64,000 bases of DNA from Methanobacteriota archaeon (GTDB lineage: Archaea > Halobacteriota > Bog-38 > Methanoflorentales > Methanoflorentaceae). Location of the stretch: contig OY970393.1 in assembly GCA_963720465.1 (NCBI GenBank), positions 704,001-768,000 on the forward strand. The letters are read 5' to 3'. The position numbers and the translations under genes are program-made. How positions within the stretch are numbered: the first letter of the stretch is position 1; each line of letters opens with the position of its first letter. Positions 21,496 to 32,695 of the stretch are shown here, one piece after another. The notes under the pieces are model-generated. The model was not told the DNA's origin. It worked only from the letters and a program-made list of their open reading frames with translations, and ran no database searches.

Positions 21496-21756
21496 TCAGA
21501 ACGTTGGTTGCGATCTGTATTTCACCGATAACGCTGTTATTAGTGCCCACGCCCCCGCATCGATAACGCCGCCAAGTACCGCTAACGGTAGACTGAGTGT
21601 CGCGTACACGCAAGTTAACACGACGAGAAAAGAGCACGTTGTCGCGCTGGAGAGCAGGTTCATACCTGTCTTTTCCCTATGCATGTCGCGTATTTGAGGG
21701 ATAAGAAGGAACCCGAAGACAAGGCTACAGAGGAGGATTACCGTGTCCTGCCACAT
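21496..21756 (-). CDS. PQ-loop/SemiSWEET-like 3-TM protein
   Basis: FLLIPQI motif, three hydrophobic segments. Confidence 0.6.
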   Translation of the reverse strand: MWQDTVILLCSLVFGFLLIPQIRDMHREKTGMNLLSSATTCSFLVVLTCVYATLSLPLAVLGGVIDAGAWALITALSVKYRSQPTF

Positions 21757-22074
21757 CGTTGTTATTTATCTCCTATTGCCATAAGCGCGGGTTTATTAAC
21801 ACGTTAAGGATTAAGGCCGCTATGCGTGAATCCTCTTTTTTCTCCTCTTTGCTTTCGTATTGCTTCGGTTGGGTTTAGCTTCTGAATCGGGTTTTTCGTC
21901 ATCCTTGTTACTTTTTCAAGATAAGCGGTTGGTTGTGGTCTTAACGAGTGCTAATCGAGACAGGACCAAGCAGCCGCACACTTATAGACTTGATATGTGG
22001 CGATGTTCGACAGAGATCCGGAGAAGTTCGCTTAAGCCCTGGATCGCGCCAGACTACCGAACTGCCAGCCGCGC

Positions 22075-22395
22075 TTAGAAAGTAACGATTTTGTCGCACT
22101 CCTTCACTATTTCGTACAAATCTGCAAGCGTTGACATTGGACACGTTTCCGAACTCGTGGATTGGCGGATTTTGAGGCAGGTGCCACAGGCAAATATAGC
22201 GCCGCCACCCTCAACGAAAGAGCGAATCTGCTCCGTGACCTTGAACGTGTCAGTATCAAGGGTTTCACTCTCTACACCTTTACCACTGAGGAATGCCTTC
22301 ACCTCGTCACCCGCTTTCAAGGCGTAGTTTCCGAACCGGAAGGCGTTCCATACGGTCTCTGGATCATTTGAATAGACGATCAATCCTAGTTTCAC
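22075..22395 (-). CDS. DsrE family sulfur-relay protein
   Basis: ETVWNAFRFGN, FLSGKGVE, FACGTCLKIR, CPMSTL. Confidence 0.88.
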   Translation of the reverse strand: MKLGLIVYSNDPETVWNAFRFGNYALKAGDEVKAFLSGKGVESETLDTDTFKVTEQIRSFVEGGGAIFACGTCLKIRQSTSSETCPMSTLADLYEIVKECDKIVTF

Positions 22396-23039
22396 GTTTT
22401 TTCCTCCCTGTATCCAGTAATGAGCGCAAACCCCCCCTGCCCGTGCCCCTCTTTGACCGGATCGACGGCGGTCATCTCTTCGGTAAACGCGAAGAGCGTT
22501 TGACACGTTCGTATAGCGCTGAATCCCACCGTTTGCAGCCACGCGATCACCTGCGTTACTGAATGAAAGTGGGCGTATCGATAGAACACGCCCTTCTGCT
22601 TTCGCCGTTCATAGGACTCCCCGAGAGGGGTCTCGCGGTCAATCATCCCGATTACGATGCGCCCTCCGGGTACAAGAACTCTGTTCGCTTCTCGAAGGGC
22701 CTGCTCTGGGTCGTCGGTAAAACAAAGCGTGGTAACCATCACGACAAAATCAAACGACTCATCGTCGAACGGGAGCTCTTCTGCGCTCGCCTCGTAGACG
22801 TCTATGCCTCGTTGCCGAGCTATCGATGCCATAGCGTGCGCCGGTTCCACCCCGACTTTGATGCCAACTCGAGAAGCAACGCGTCCTGTCCCGACGCCTA
22901 CATCCAACCCTTTGCCACCCCGCGGGAGAAGGCTTCGCATTGCTACCACTTCTGACTCGTAGGCATAGGCGTGAGTCTCAAACCACCGATCGTATTCACG
23001 AGCGTGCTTCTCAAAGACGCGGATGTTATAATCTGACAT
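22392..23039 (-). CDS. Class I SAM methyltransferase
   Basis: YDRWF, LDVGVGTG, AEELPF, RVLVPGG. Confidence 0.9.
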   Translation of the reverse strand: MSDYNIRVFEKHAREYDRWFETHAYAYESEVVAMRSLLPRGGKGLDVGVGTGRVASRVGIKVGVEPAHAMASIARQRGIDVYEASAEELPFDDESFDFVVMVTTLCFTDDPEQALREANRVLVPGGRIVIGMIDRETPLGESYERRKQKGVFYRYAHFHSVTQVIAWLQTVGFSAIRTCQTLFAFTEEMTAVDPVKEGHGQGGFALITGYREEKT

Positions 23040-23110
23040 AAGCTATATGTCTGTGTACTAATGCGAAGATTAAATTATAACGCACCAGGCGCTCCCTCTA
23101 GCGTGTAACC

Positions 23111-23347
23111 ATGGAAATCGACATCAACATCGTAGCTCACGATCTCCTGTGGAGGCGTATGTCTATTGGAAGAAAGCAGGAATACGTCAAGAGTTGGGGC
23201 GCTTTAAAGGACGAGATAATTGAGAAGGAGATGGCACGACTTATTGACGACGGGTATGCCGTTCAGCACGACAACGTTCTCGAATTAACGTCAGAGGGCA
23301 ACGGCCTCTACAAAAGAATGACGAGCCGGTGCCCCAAGACGGAGTAG
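23111..23347 (+). CDS. Small winged-helix-like hypothetical protein
   Basis: RLIDDGYA..LELTSEG pattern. Confidence 0.5.
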   Translation: MEIDINIVAHDLLWRRMSIGRKQEYVKSWGALKDEIIEKEMARLIDDGYAVQHDNVLELTSEGNGLYKRMTSRCPKTE

Positions 23348-23352
23348 CGCAA

Positions 23353-23637
23353 ATGAAAGCGTACGACGTGAAGACGTTGCGCCCGTGCCGAAGCGGCGGA
23401 ATAATTGTAGAGGGACATTTCAGCAATGAATTTGCCATGCACGAGTTATGTTCATTATTACACGGTGTAGCAAAGTGCTCGGAAAAATTAGGGGTCGCAC
23501 GGTTTTCCCACGAAGGGTGTGACATTACTATCTACAGAACTGGGCGAGTTGACGTGCACGGGGTTACTTCTGAAGAAGAGGCAATTGAATTTATCAACGA
23601 CATAAAACTCATTGTCGAAGATGCTTTTGTCGATTAG
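23353..23637 (+). CDS. Hypothetical protein
   Basis: CSEKLGVAR..ITIYRTGRVDVHGV..EEAIE; coupled to the upstream ORF. Confidence 0.55.
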   Translation: MKAYDVKTLRPCRSGGIIVEGHFSNEFAMHELCSLLHGVAKCSEKLGVARFSHEGCDITIYRTGRVDVHGVTSEEEAIEFINDIKLIVEDAFVD

Positions 23638-23648
23638 TTCTCTCTAGA

Positions 23649-24093
23649 CTAGATCAGCTTTTCAATGATTTCAACCGCATCCCGGACAAACGCCGGACAT
23701 AGTGCCATGACGACTTTGTTCTTTTTTGCCTCAGCAACTTGTTGCGGGTCTGCCAGGTTGTATCCAAGCAGTCCTGTGCATTTCACTGAGCCATTACGCA
23801 GCTTAAATTGCCTGAGAAATTCGCCGACTACCGCATAGGTCTTTTCTTTTGCAGCTTTGTCTTTCGCCGTGATCCTGCCGTATCGCAGCCCGATGACCAT
23901 AATCGCGCCTGAGACAGCGCCGCAGATGTCATCTGGTGTAGGTTATTCCAGCACCAAACCCCTGCGAGATCCGAAGAGCCAGAAGAGCCAGATCCGGATC
24001 GAGCCCGAAGTCCTGTGCAAAGACCGAAAGCACAGCCTGTGAACAGCTGAAACCGTGCTGAAAAAGAGTGACCGCCTCATCTGCTTTCGACAT
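23649..24093 (-). pseudogene. C_GCAxxG_C_C family redox protein, frameshifted
   Basis: MSKADEAVTLFQHGFSCSQAV..GFGAGI / DDICGAVSGA..SVKC..LC. Confidence 0.8.
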
Positions 24094-24309
24094 ATGCAGC
24101 AATCATGCAAGGACAGCAATAATGATTCCGCTCGCGCTAGAACCACAGCGTTGCTCGCTAACGATCCCTAAAGCCGTTGCCAATGCCCTCCCCAAACCTC
24201 ACAGCAGAATGGCACATCAGGGCAGAGGATATTTCTGAATTTGCACGCCGAGCGAGGTAAAAGAGTGGACAATCACCTCATGTCGACTCTTTTATTGGCA
24301 ATACCTTGA

Positions 24310-24984
24310 CTAGATCATCCCCGAGCCAAAGTTACTGCCCATGTGCTCCTGCATTTCCTGCTGCATGTCGGTGCGTGTGTTCGCGTTCGGCCCGTAGCCC
24401 ATGTACGGCCCCATGCCATAGCCATTTCCGCTAAGCCTGTGCATATCGTTCCACATGTCCCGCCACATGTTTTGCTGGTACGGTGCTTGCCCGACAGCAC
24501 CGCCGGTGATGACCATGCAGTAGTAAGGCATGAGCGGTGAGCTGCCATATTCCACGGCCGCCCCTCTCTTGGCACTCGCGTTAAACCCTGACCACGCCGA
24601 CGCATTCTGCTGCACTGCAGCGTACCCTTGCCCCATAAACAATGTTCTCATCGAAACGAACTGTGCTTGCGCCATTGATGCATTATTGCACGCTTGGACG
24701 CTCACGGTGTAGGTGCCGTTGCTATCGCTCACCGTACCGTTGTACACTGCAATCCCTGCTTGTGGACTGGGTTGCAGTGAAAACGGCGTTACCACCGTGA
24801 AGTTTAGCTGTTGCATCGTGGTCGCGAGGTACTGAGCGATGGCTTGGTCTTGTGCAGCCGAGGTTGTCGTGCTGGTGCTTGGAGTCGCCGTAGGGGAAGA
24901 CGTCGTAGGGCTCGTGCAGCCCGCAGCGAGAACAGCTGCGAGCATCACTAGCGCTAACGCGCCTGCCACAAACGATTTTTTCAT
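24310..24984 (-). CDS. Lipoprotein with Met/Gly-rich C-terminus
   Basis: Lipobox LAAGC, Thr/Ser linker. Confidence 0.75.
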   Translation of the reverse strand: MKKSFVAGALALVMLAAVLAAGCTSPTTSSPTATPSTSTTTSAAQDQAIAQYLATTMQQLNFTVVTPFSLQPSPQAGIAVYNGTVSDSNGTYTVSVQACNNASMAQAQFVSMRTLFMGQGYAAVQQNASAWSGFNASAKRGAAVEYGSSPLMPYYCMVITGGAVGQAPYQQNMWRDMWNDMHRLSGNGYGMGPYMGYGPNANTRTDMQQEMQEHMGSNFGSGMI

Positions 24985-25298
24985 TGTAAAACCTCGTAGT
25001 TACTCATAATGATGCCGGTAATGTATAGCTCGGAGCTTTAAGCATTGGGTGTATCATGCACCGCGCTGGAGCTGAGTATGGCTTGAAACCGCAGGAATAT
25101 TGTTTCGTATCGAATAGGGAAGCGTATGCCACGTCCGGCATTGAGGTTTAAGCGTGAACAGCCAAACTCCCTTTGCGAAACGCTTTGCGTACTCATTTGT
25201 GCTTGGTCGCAGAAGGCTAATCATAACGATTAAGGTGCAGCGACGACTTTGCACGTGTTATGCTAGCCACTGAACATTACCGATGCTACGATGTTACG

Positions 25299-25562
25299 AT
25301 GCCAAACCACGAGCTGTTGGAAGTCCATCACTCCAAAATCTCGCTTCACCACGCAAAAGCAGATTATACCTACCCAACGATACGATTACCACATACATTC
25401 TCAGCGCTTGCAGGACTATCGACGCAAATCTTTCAAACTGTGCACAAAGGAGCGCTTGTCTTTCTTGTGGTCGTGTCATCTGCAAACGTTTCCAGAAACA
25501 CTTTCGAGCGATCTAAAAACAGCGGTGCTTGCGCTAAAGCCTCCGTCTTCACACGGCGTTAA
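25299..25562 (+). mobile_element. Integrase N-domain D ending at a truncated att core (25543-25558)
   Basis: HHSKISLHHAKADYTYPTIRLPH..GALVFLVVV..SVFTRR*; CCGTCTTCACACGGCG|TTAATTT. Confidence 0.85.
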
Positions 25563-26367
25563 TTTAGACGATAAAAACTCTCCGGAATTCCCTGCTGAGG
25601 CTCACTGTTAAGGGCTTTCACCTTCGTGGCGATCTGTCCCGTGCCTTTCAGCATCCTGAAGCGTTGCAGACCCTCCACGACAATGTGATTCTCCCAGAAA
25701 AGGAGCTCGCGCTTAAGTCTTGATATTGTCAACAAGAAATCTCATTATATGAGAGACTACCTTCCCTGACTGTCCTCACAGATTTCGAGCCCAGAGATCG
25801 CAAGCTTTTCCGCGTCGTATGCGCACATCACCTGCTGCAACGCGTCAATGATCAGGCGAAGAGGCGGGGGTGCCCTCTTCTGCGATCGGGGGGCTATGCG
25901 GCCCTGCTACAATCGATGCGACCATTACTGCAAGGTCTGGGCAAGCTGCTCTTTCAACTCAACGGCAAGCGTTCGTAAATACGATCCTTCGAGCCGTTCG
26001 GCTCTGGCGAGGCAAGCTGCACGCCGCTCCGTAGATTACCACGTACCTTAGTTGGGCGTCTCGCCGAGAGCGTCCCACCATCTCTATCAGCTTTCCAGCG
26101 GTACTGTGTGAATGTAGGCAGCAAAGAGGTTGTAGAGCGCTTGTTTCTTGTCGCTTGTAACGGTCTCGGAATATATTGCTTGCACAAGGCTTGAATTTGC
26201 ACTTCAGGTGATATTTGAAATGCAAGAACGTGTTGAAAGGAAAAGGAAAGAGGTGAAGAGGATACCGAACACCCCTTCACAATCCCCACAAGGCCAGTAT
26301 CGCTCTGATCAGTGCTGCATCGCCAGTAACCGCCTATGCTGCCTTCTTCATTACAATGCGTTACGGC

Positions 26368-26772
26368 TTAGAGTATGTGTAGCCCAAGGGAAAAGACACC
26401 TGGGGATTCGAGCAGACTCGGATTGAGCGTACCCGTGAGGACTAGACAATCGCCCTTACTGGGAACGCCAGAGGCGATGAACGTAGCACCAGTGCTACCG
26501 GACCGGGCGTATTGCAGCAAGTATGTCGTGCCGGGTTTCATCCCGTGGTCATAGCAGACGCACACGAAGTGACCGTTATAGTTGTCAACGATTATTATGC
26601 CGCCAACTTTGCCATCTGGAGCGATAACGGTGAAAATGGAAATGGGCGATTTGCTCACCTGCACTCCTTTGGGGGCAACCGGCACAGCACCCGCAGGGAT
26701 CGCACCAATGCTGGTTACCAGCAGCAGGCACGCGAGGCTTGCCAGTACTACAGCTCTCATATTAATTCTCAT
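26368..26772 (-). CDS. Secreted hypothetical protein
   Basis: Signal peptide; GAGGTGA Shine-Dalgarno. Confidence 0.65.
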   Translation of the reverse strand: MRINMRAVVLASLACLLLVTSIGAIPAGAVPVAPKGVQVSKSPISIFTVIAPDGKVGGIIIVDNYNGHFVCVCYDHGMKPGTTYLLQYARSGSTGATFIASGVPSKGDCLVLTGTLNPSLLESPGVFSLGLHIL

Positions 26773-26925
26773 AACTTCACCTCGATTCGGGTTTTTAAAA
26801 CCGATTAGCGTAGGCTATCATAAGATAAAAAATTGCCCTTTTTGACACGCTTTGTGAGAGTGCCCGACGCGCGAGATTCAGCGTAAATCGCAACGGTTAT
26901 GCGCACACGGGAGATAATGCAGCGC

Positions 26926-27182
26926 ATGCAATCGATCTGCACGCATAAGATAAGCATCCAAAGCTCAAAGCCATCTCATGCCTGCCCCATTGTCAGGCAC
27001 CCACCTGAGTTTGGCGAACTGGCGGGAACACGCGCAGAGATCTATCAAACAAGCTATGACGATGGGATTGCTTTTTTAGTGAAGATCATCGATCGTTCTA
27101 AAAAGAAGCTCAGCAAGGGCTCCAATTTCGAAAAGGAGCCTTCACACTGCTGAGGTCGCCGATTCGAATCCGGCCGAGCCCA
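26926..27182 (+). mobile_element. Integrase N-domain E plus att (27138-27182)
   Basis: HKISIQSSKPSHACPIV..EIYQTSYDDGIAFLVKI; GCCTTCACACTGCTGAGGTCGCCGATTCGAATCCGGCCGAGCCCA; closely similar to 43540-43795. Confidence 0.85.
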
Positions 27183-27488
27183 TCGTTCTTTTGTCAATCG
27201 GAAACATTTAAGCCGTTTACTAGGCATTTGTCCAGTACGAGAATAATGGCAAAAAAGAAGCACAAGAAGGACAAAAAGTCGCACAACCCATCCTTTGCGT
27301 GTTCGAGAAAACGTGACTCGATCCTTAGACGGCACTACGTAGGCTTGTCGCGTCAACGTGACAGGTGCTTTTCAGCACTATTGTCGAAAAAAGCAAAGAA
27401 AATCAGAAGAACTATGCACATTGAGGGCGTGTCTGCAACCGAGTGCTGCCGTTAGCTATCGGAATTCTTAAAGAACATAAGATTTGCA

Positions 27489-28283
27489 ATGCAAAAAAGT
27501 AGCGTCGTGATAATAGCCGTTATAGCGCTCATAGCAGGCGCTACAACAGCGTATGCATTCACCTCAGGCCTTCAATCTCAGACGCTGCATGGCAGCTCGC
27601 AACAGGGCGTGCTCTTTCAAGCGTCGACATATAGCGCCCTACAAGCAGGCGACTATAATGGAAATGTGACTCTTAAAGATTTACGAGCCCACGGCGATTT
27701 TGGCTTGGGCACCTTTGACGCCCTCGACGGCGAGATGATCCTCTTGAACGGCACATTCTATCAGATCAAATCGGACGGCAGTGTCTCTGTCGCCAACGAT
27801 TCGATGAAGACTCCTTTTGCAGACGTGACGTCATTCGAGCCTACTAGTCAAATGGTACTCGCCCCCAATAGCCCCTTGAACTATTCTGAGCTGCAGTTGT
27901 ACTTAGACGGTCAACTGCCCACGAAAAACATCTTCTACGCGGTAAAAATAACAGCAGAATGTTCCTATCTCGAAGTTCGGAGCCCGCCGAAACAGGCTAT
28001 GCCGTATCTGCCGCTTTCCGAGGCGTTAAAAAACGAGTCGATCTTTGAACTGCACAACGTCACAGGAACATTTGTGGGCTTTTTCTCTCCGCAGTACGCA
28101 AACGGAACCTGCGTTCCCGGTTGGCACTTTCATTTTCTCACCGCTGATGATGAACATGGCGGGCACGTATTAGACGCGACACTTCAAAATGCAACGATAC
28201 AAATAGATGACTTGACGACGCTCTCTGTAGCGCTCCCCGACACAACCTCCTTTTACGCGCTGAATCTGACGAGCAACGCCTGA
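27489..28283 (+). CDS. budA: Alpha-acetolactate decarboxylase with N-terminal signal/anchor
   Basis: HGDFGLGTFDALDGEM, TPFA, GWHFHFL..GGHVLD. Confidence 0.9.
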   Translation: MQKSSVVIIAVIALIAGATTAYAFTSGLQSQTLHGSSQQGVLFQASTYSALQAGDYNGNVTLKDLRAHGDFGLGTFDALDGEMILLNGTFYQIKSDGSVSVANDSMKTPFADVTSFEPTSQMVLAPNSPLNYSELQLYLDGQLPTKNIFYAVKITAECSYLEVRSPPKQAMPYLPLSEALKNESIFELHNVTGTFVGFFSPQYANGTCVPGWHFHFLTADDEHGGHVLDATLQNATIQIDDLTTLSVALPDTTSFYALNLTSNA

Positions 28284-28560
28284 TTGAACGAAACGGAAAG
28301 CTGGGTCTGTCTCACGGCTTATTAGCGTAGTGTGCCCAGCAAGATTATGTTGCCAACGGAGTTAGATTATGAGGTCAACGTTGCCCCATACTGCATATGT
28401 CCTCCACGTGCTCTGGCAGCGGATGCCGATAATTCGTCCGCGCTACCCCCCGTCCCAGTGCGTGAGAAGATAGGCGCGGTGCGACTCATTCCGCCCGATG
28501 AGGTCACCGTGATGCTCGGCAATTTCTCGTAGATCTGCTGTGACAAAGTAGCGGCGCGCT

Positions 28561-29634
28561 CTAATTGACCGAAACGCTCAGGTTGTACTGCTGTGCCGCC
28601 TTTCGTAGCACGATGTCCTGTAACCCGCCCACAGTCGGAATACCAACGAGCTTGCCCTTTAGATCTGCGATTGAACGTATACCTCCGTTAGGTTTCACAA
28701 CGATCGCCGATCCGCCGTGATTAACCTCTGATATGATTTGGATCTTCGCATTGTCGTTTACCCGTGCTTCTATCGTAGGGACTGCGCCTACGTACCCCGC
28801 GTCAAGCGCACCCGTTTTGAGGTCTTTCATCATGGCCACGCCGTTGGGATACTCTTTGAAGTGAACCGTTAATCCGCAGGCGCTGTAATATCCCTGGTTC
28901 TGAGCAACAATACTTGCGAGCCTTGTGCTGTCTGCGGTTAAGAATCCAACGTTGATAGTGGAGTTTACGACCGGTGGTTTCCAGTTCGGGTCTCTCGAAA
29001 GGTTATCATTCACCTCTTTCGAGTAATTCTGTATGACGAAGCTGTTAAAGAACTGACTTTCGTTTGCATACCCTAGATCCGTAACGCTTTTGTTTAGGTA
29101 TGACGCGTTGTTTAGCTCATTGTAGCAGTCCCTGATTGAGTTAGGATTATTATCACCGACGTATTGTACGTTCTTCAAGGAATCATTCGCTGCCTGCAAT
29201 GAGACGCCTGAATCGTTAGCTATGTACTGCACGACCGTGTCGTGGTTGTTCGGATCGTTTATGAAGTCTGTTCCTTTGACGTGAGCCCAAATCAGGCATA
29301 ACAGCACATTTCGATTGAGCTTCTGCAAAGAGCTGTTTGGTATGGCGATCACGTCACCAACGTGTTGCGGCCAAATCGCATCCGAATTTGCGAGGATAAC
29401 ACCCGTTCCGTTGAGTTGTGCCTGCGAGACGATGGGCTCCCAAGCGACAAAGGCATCAATCTTCCCTGCCTCTAATTGATTTGACATATCTTTCACATTC
29501 AAGACGGTTTCATGCACGGCCCCGCTAACCGAGGCCGTTTGATTCGAGGCTGTTTGGCTTGTGCATCCTGCGGTTAGCACTGCCGTGGCGAGGGATACAA
29601 TAACAAGAACCATTAACTGCTGCTTTCGCGTCAT
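28561..29634 (-). CDS. ABC substrate-binding lipoprotein, SsuA/THI5 type, circularly permuted
   Basis: Lipobox LTAGC; GKIDAFVAWEP precedes the GYY..GLTV..LDAGYVG..IRSIADLKGK block. Confidence 0.85.
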   Translation of the reverse strand: MTRKQQLMVLVIVSLATAVLTAGCTSQTASNQTASVSGAVHETVLNVKDMSNQLEAGKIDAFVAWEPIVSQAQLNGTGVILANSDAIWPQHVGDVIAIPNSSLQKLNRNVLLCLIWAHVKGTDFINDPNNHDTVVQYIANDSGVSLQAANDSLKNVQYVGDNNPNSIRDCYNELNNASYLNKSVTDLGYANESQFFNSFVIQNYSKEVNDNLSRDPNWKPPVVNSTINVGFLTADSTRLASIVAQNQGYYSACGLTVHFKEYPNGVAMMKDLKTGALDAGYVGAVPTIEARVNDNAKIQIISEVNHGGSAIVVKPNGGIRSIADLKGKLVGIPTVGGLQDIVLRKAAQQYNLSVSVN

Positions 29635-29993
29635 TATATCCTCCTTCTTGAATCAACTTTGATACACGTTTTTCAGGCGTGCGTAACGGCGCTTGGGTCA
29701 TTCGACTTAAGAAAGCATAAACTTGTACTATCTGATCTCACAAAGGCGAATCGCTAACCTACAAGTGAGATGCGATTAAGAGCGTCCACCAGATAAAGTT
29801 CCTTTTCATGGCCTCATACAATCGTCCGCGCCGCTATTTACTAAATTAAATAGCCTACCTATTCGTCTATAAATGATAAATGTTGCAGCATTTGAGCGCG
29901 TTTCTAGGGAAGGGAGCGGCAAACGCCCCTTATTTTGAATTCCTGTGATGCTTGCAGTGCCGTGAAGGTTTCCGACTTATGGAAGCCCCATGA

Positions 29994-30145
29994 TTATTTC
30001 AAGTCCTTCTGCTTCTGGGAACGTTTTAAGGTCTCTACGTTTACCGTTCCGAAGCCGCCGAGCATTAACAGGGCTTTTGCCATTGCCTCGTCGCTGGAGG
30101 CCTCAGCAATTACATCCCTATCGTACCTTCCGAAGGTAAAGTAGA
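29994..30145 (-). pseudogene. GYD domain fragment duplicating the 3' part of 31266-31559
   Basis: YFTFGRYDRDVIAEASSDEAMAKALLMLGGFGTVNVETLK. Confidence 0.8.
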
Positions 30146-30217
30146 TGGGTCTGAGTAGTCCAATTGCTAAGAACACACAGCACAATATTTTTTTAAGTCG
30201 AACCCCCACCATTAACT

Positions 30218-31049
30218 GTGATCTGCGAAATAGGCGATCTTAACATTTATTATGAGACTCGCGGAGAAGGCACTCCGCTGCTTGCGATCCACGGGTATTA
30301 CGTTGATCAACCACGTTATGACTGGCTGCCTCGAACCGATCTTTTCACGTCGCCCGGGATGGAAGCGCATTTACATCGACTTACCGGGCATGGGCCGCAC
30401 CCGTGCTCCCAGTTGGTTGCACAGCGCAGATCAGATGCTAGACGCAATCGTCAAGTTCTGTGAAAACATTCTTCCTGAGGGCCAGTTCCTAGTCGCAGGT
30501 GAATCTTACGGAGGTTATCTTGCCCGAGGCTTTGTCCGTTCCCTACCCGAGCGTCTCAGCGGAGTTCTTCTCATCTGCCCCGTTATTATAGCCGATCGAA
30601 ACCGGCGCGACCTCCCTCCTCGGCAGGTGTTCGCCAAGGATGAACCTTATTTGGCGAGTGTCGCATCGAGTGAGCAAAAGGATTGGCTTGAGCGCGCGCT
30701 AGCGGTGCAAGACAAGCGGCGATGGGAGCGTTTTACTCAGGACACCATAGGAATGAACGCGAAAGATGAGGCGTTTATCAAGCGATTTGAAACCTCCCCC
30801 GGTTATAGCTTTTCCTTTGATGTGGATCAGCTACGGCATCCATTCGACCGACCTGCACTCATCCTTGTTGGCCGCCAAGACGCGTTTGTCGGGTATCGTG
30901 ACTCGCTGAAACTGGTTGCGAATTATTCCCGAGGGACTTTCGCGGTGCTTGATAGGGCCGGGCACGGCTTGGAAGTCGAACAAGAAACTGTATTTAACTG
31001 TTTAGTCAATGAGTTGCTCGACCGGGTGGAAGAAGCCCAGCGCTCCTGA
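30218..31049 (+). pseudogene. Alpha/beta hydrolase with one frameshift near 30310
   Basis: YYETRGEGTPLLAIHGY / YIDLPGMG..GESYGG..LDRAGH. Confidence 0.85.
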
Positions 31050-31265
31050 GATGCGTTAGCGATCTGTGCAAAAATAGAGATATCTACTAAGATATCGTGT
31101 TCTGTTCAGAGAGACTGGAGATATGCATGGGGCGGGTTGGAAGATTGGAGTGATAGCTTCGTAGAGGATATCTTCTTCGCAACAGACGGCAGATCAGCCA
31201 CCTAATTGATGTGCTTATTGAGAAGTTCGGGTGAATCAAGAGAGACGCTCAGCGATGTGCGAGAA

Positions 31266-31559
31266 TTAAGGAAGCTCCTTGATTATCTCTAACCCTTCTT
31301 TTTCCGGAAACGCCTTTAAGGTCTCTACGCTCACCGTTCCGAAGCCACCGAGCATGAGCAGCGCTTTTCCCATTGCCTCGTCACCGGGAGCTTCAGCAAT
31401 CACTACTTTGTCGTACCTTCCGAAGGTAAAGTAGAGGGCTTTCAGCTCTCCGTTAACAGACGTTAATATGTTACGAAGGCGTTCAATTCGTTGGGCATCG
31501 TCCTTTATCTGCTGTATTCCCGCTTGTGTCCATTTCATAAGCATAATGTAGCTAGGCAT
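31266..31559 (-). CDS. GYD domain protein
   Basis: MPSYIMLMKWT..LYFTFGRYD..ETLKAF. Confidence 0.9.
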   Translation of the reverse strand: MPSYIMLMKWTQAGIQQIKDDAQRIERLRNILTSVNGELKALYFTFGRYDKVVIAEAPGDEAMGKALLMLGGFGTVSVETLKAFPEKEGLEIIKELP

Positions 31560-32064
31560 AGTTGTGTTACCTCCTTTTCGTTACAAGGTGGCAAAAGGCG
31601 CCATCTATTTAAAGCCATATATTGCTTGGCACTTTTTGTAATAAAACTGGCAGGAAGTAAGTACTCACAATCCTGGGGTGACTGCCAGAACATAGTTACA
31701 ATAGGGGATAAGCGTCACGATGCAGCTATGGTTAGCAGGTTTTGCTCCTTACGGCTGCCGGTTTGTGTTGAGACCAATCCACGCTGGCCTCGCAATGCAT
31801 ATAGACGACACACGCTCACAAAATCAAGGAATTTCTGACTCTCTACCATCTTCTCTCGCGTACAGCCAGCATAGTGTGTCGCCGTAGCAAATTGCATCGC
31901 ATCTGGAACTCGTTTGTCCGTGTGCTCGTCAATAGCTTCTGGCCGTGGCAAACGTCTGTCGCTCCCCGCAAATCACAACAATTAAGTGTCGGTATCCATT
32001 CTGCACTCCTATGTTACTTGCTAATTATGATTCAAACAACCTCGTTGGATTTACAAAGGGCGAA

Positions 32065-32289
32065 ATGGGCCTTTTGGAGACTTATCGCAGCAAAATCTCT
32101 CTTCATCGCGCAAAAGCGGGTTATAGCTATCCTTTGATCCGACTGCCGCACATGTTCTCTCTGCTTGCGGGGTTACCCACAAGAATCTATCAGACAGTTT
32201 ACGACGGAGCACTAGCCTTTCTCGTGCTTGTTTCACCTCAAGAAAAGACCTCAGAAAGTTTCAAATCCTCCGTCTTCACACGGCGTTAA
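32065..32289 (+). mobile_element. Integrase N-domain F ending at a truncated att core (32270-32285)
   Basis: YRSKISLHRAKAGYSYPLIRLPH..SSVFTRR*; same junction as copy D. Confidence 0.85.
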
Positions 32290-32695
32290 TTTAGGCCGCA
32301 AAACCCTTTGAAGCCCCCTGCTGACCATTGGATCACTGTCGCTCATAACGATCCTATCCGTGTCTTTCAGTACCCCGAAGCGCAGACCTGAATGACAATT
32401 TGATCCTAGCTAGTAACTTTTTTTAACTTTTTTTTGACGGAAAAATTAATCGGCGTGATAGCGTAAGTGCTGTCGTTTCGCTGCGGCCGCTCTTTTGCCG
32501 CGTGATCGCTTGAAAAACAAGGGAGTTATCAGAACTACCTTAACCTGTGCATTGCACGTTTACACATTGAGATAAAAACCGTCTGAACGGTCGCGTGCGT
32601 TTCCTTCTTTTTCATGATTCTAGCTGATAACCCTGTGATATTCAGCATGATTCATGTATCTGGTGCAGAACATGGAGAGGTAAAGGTTTTCTCTT

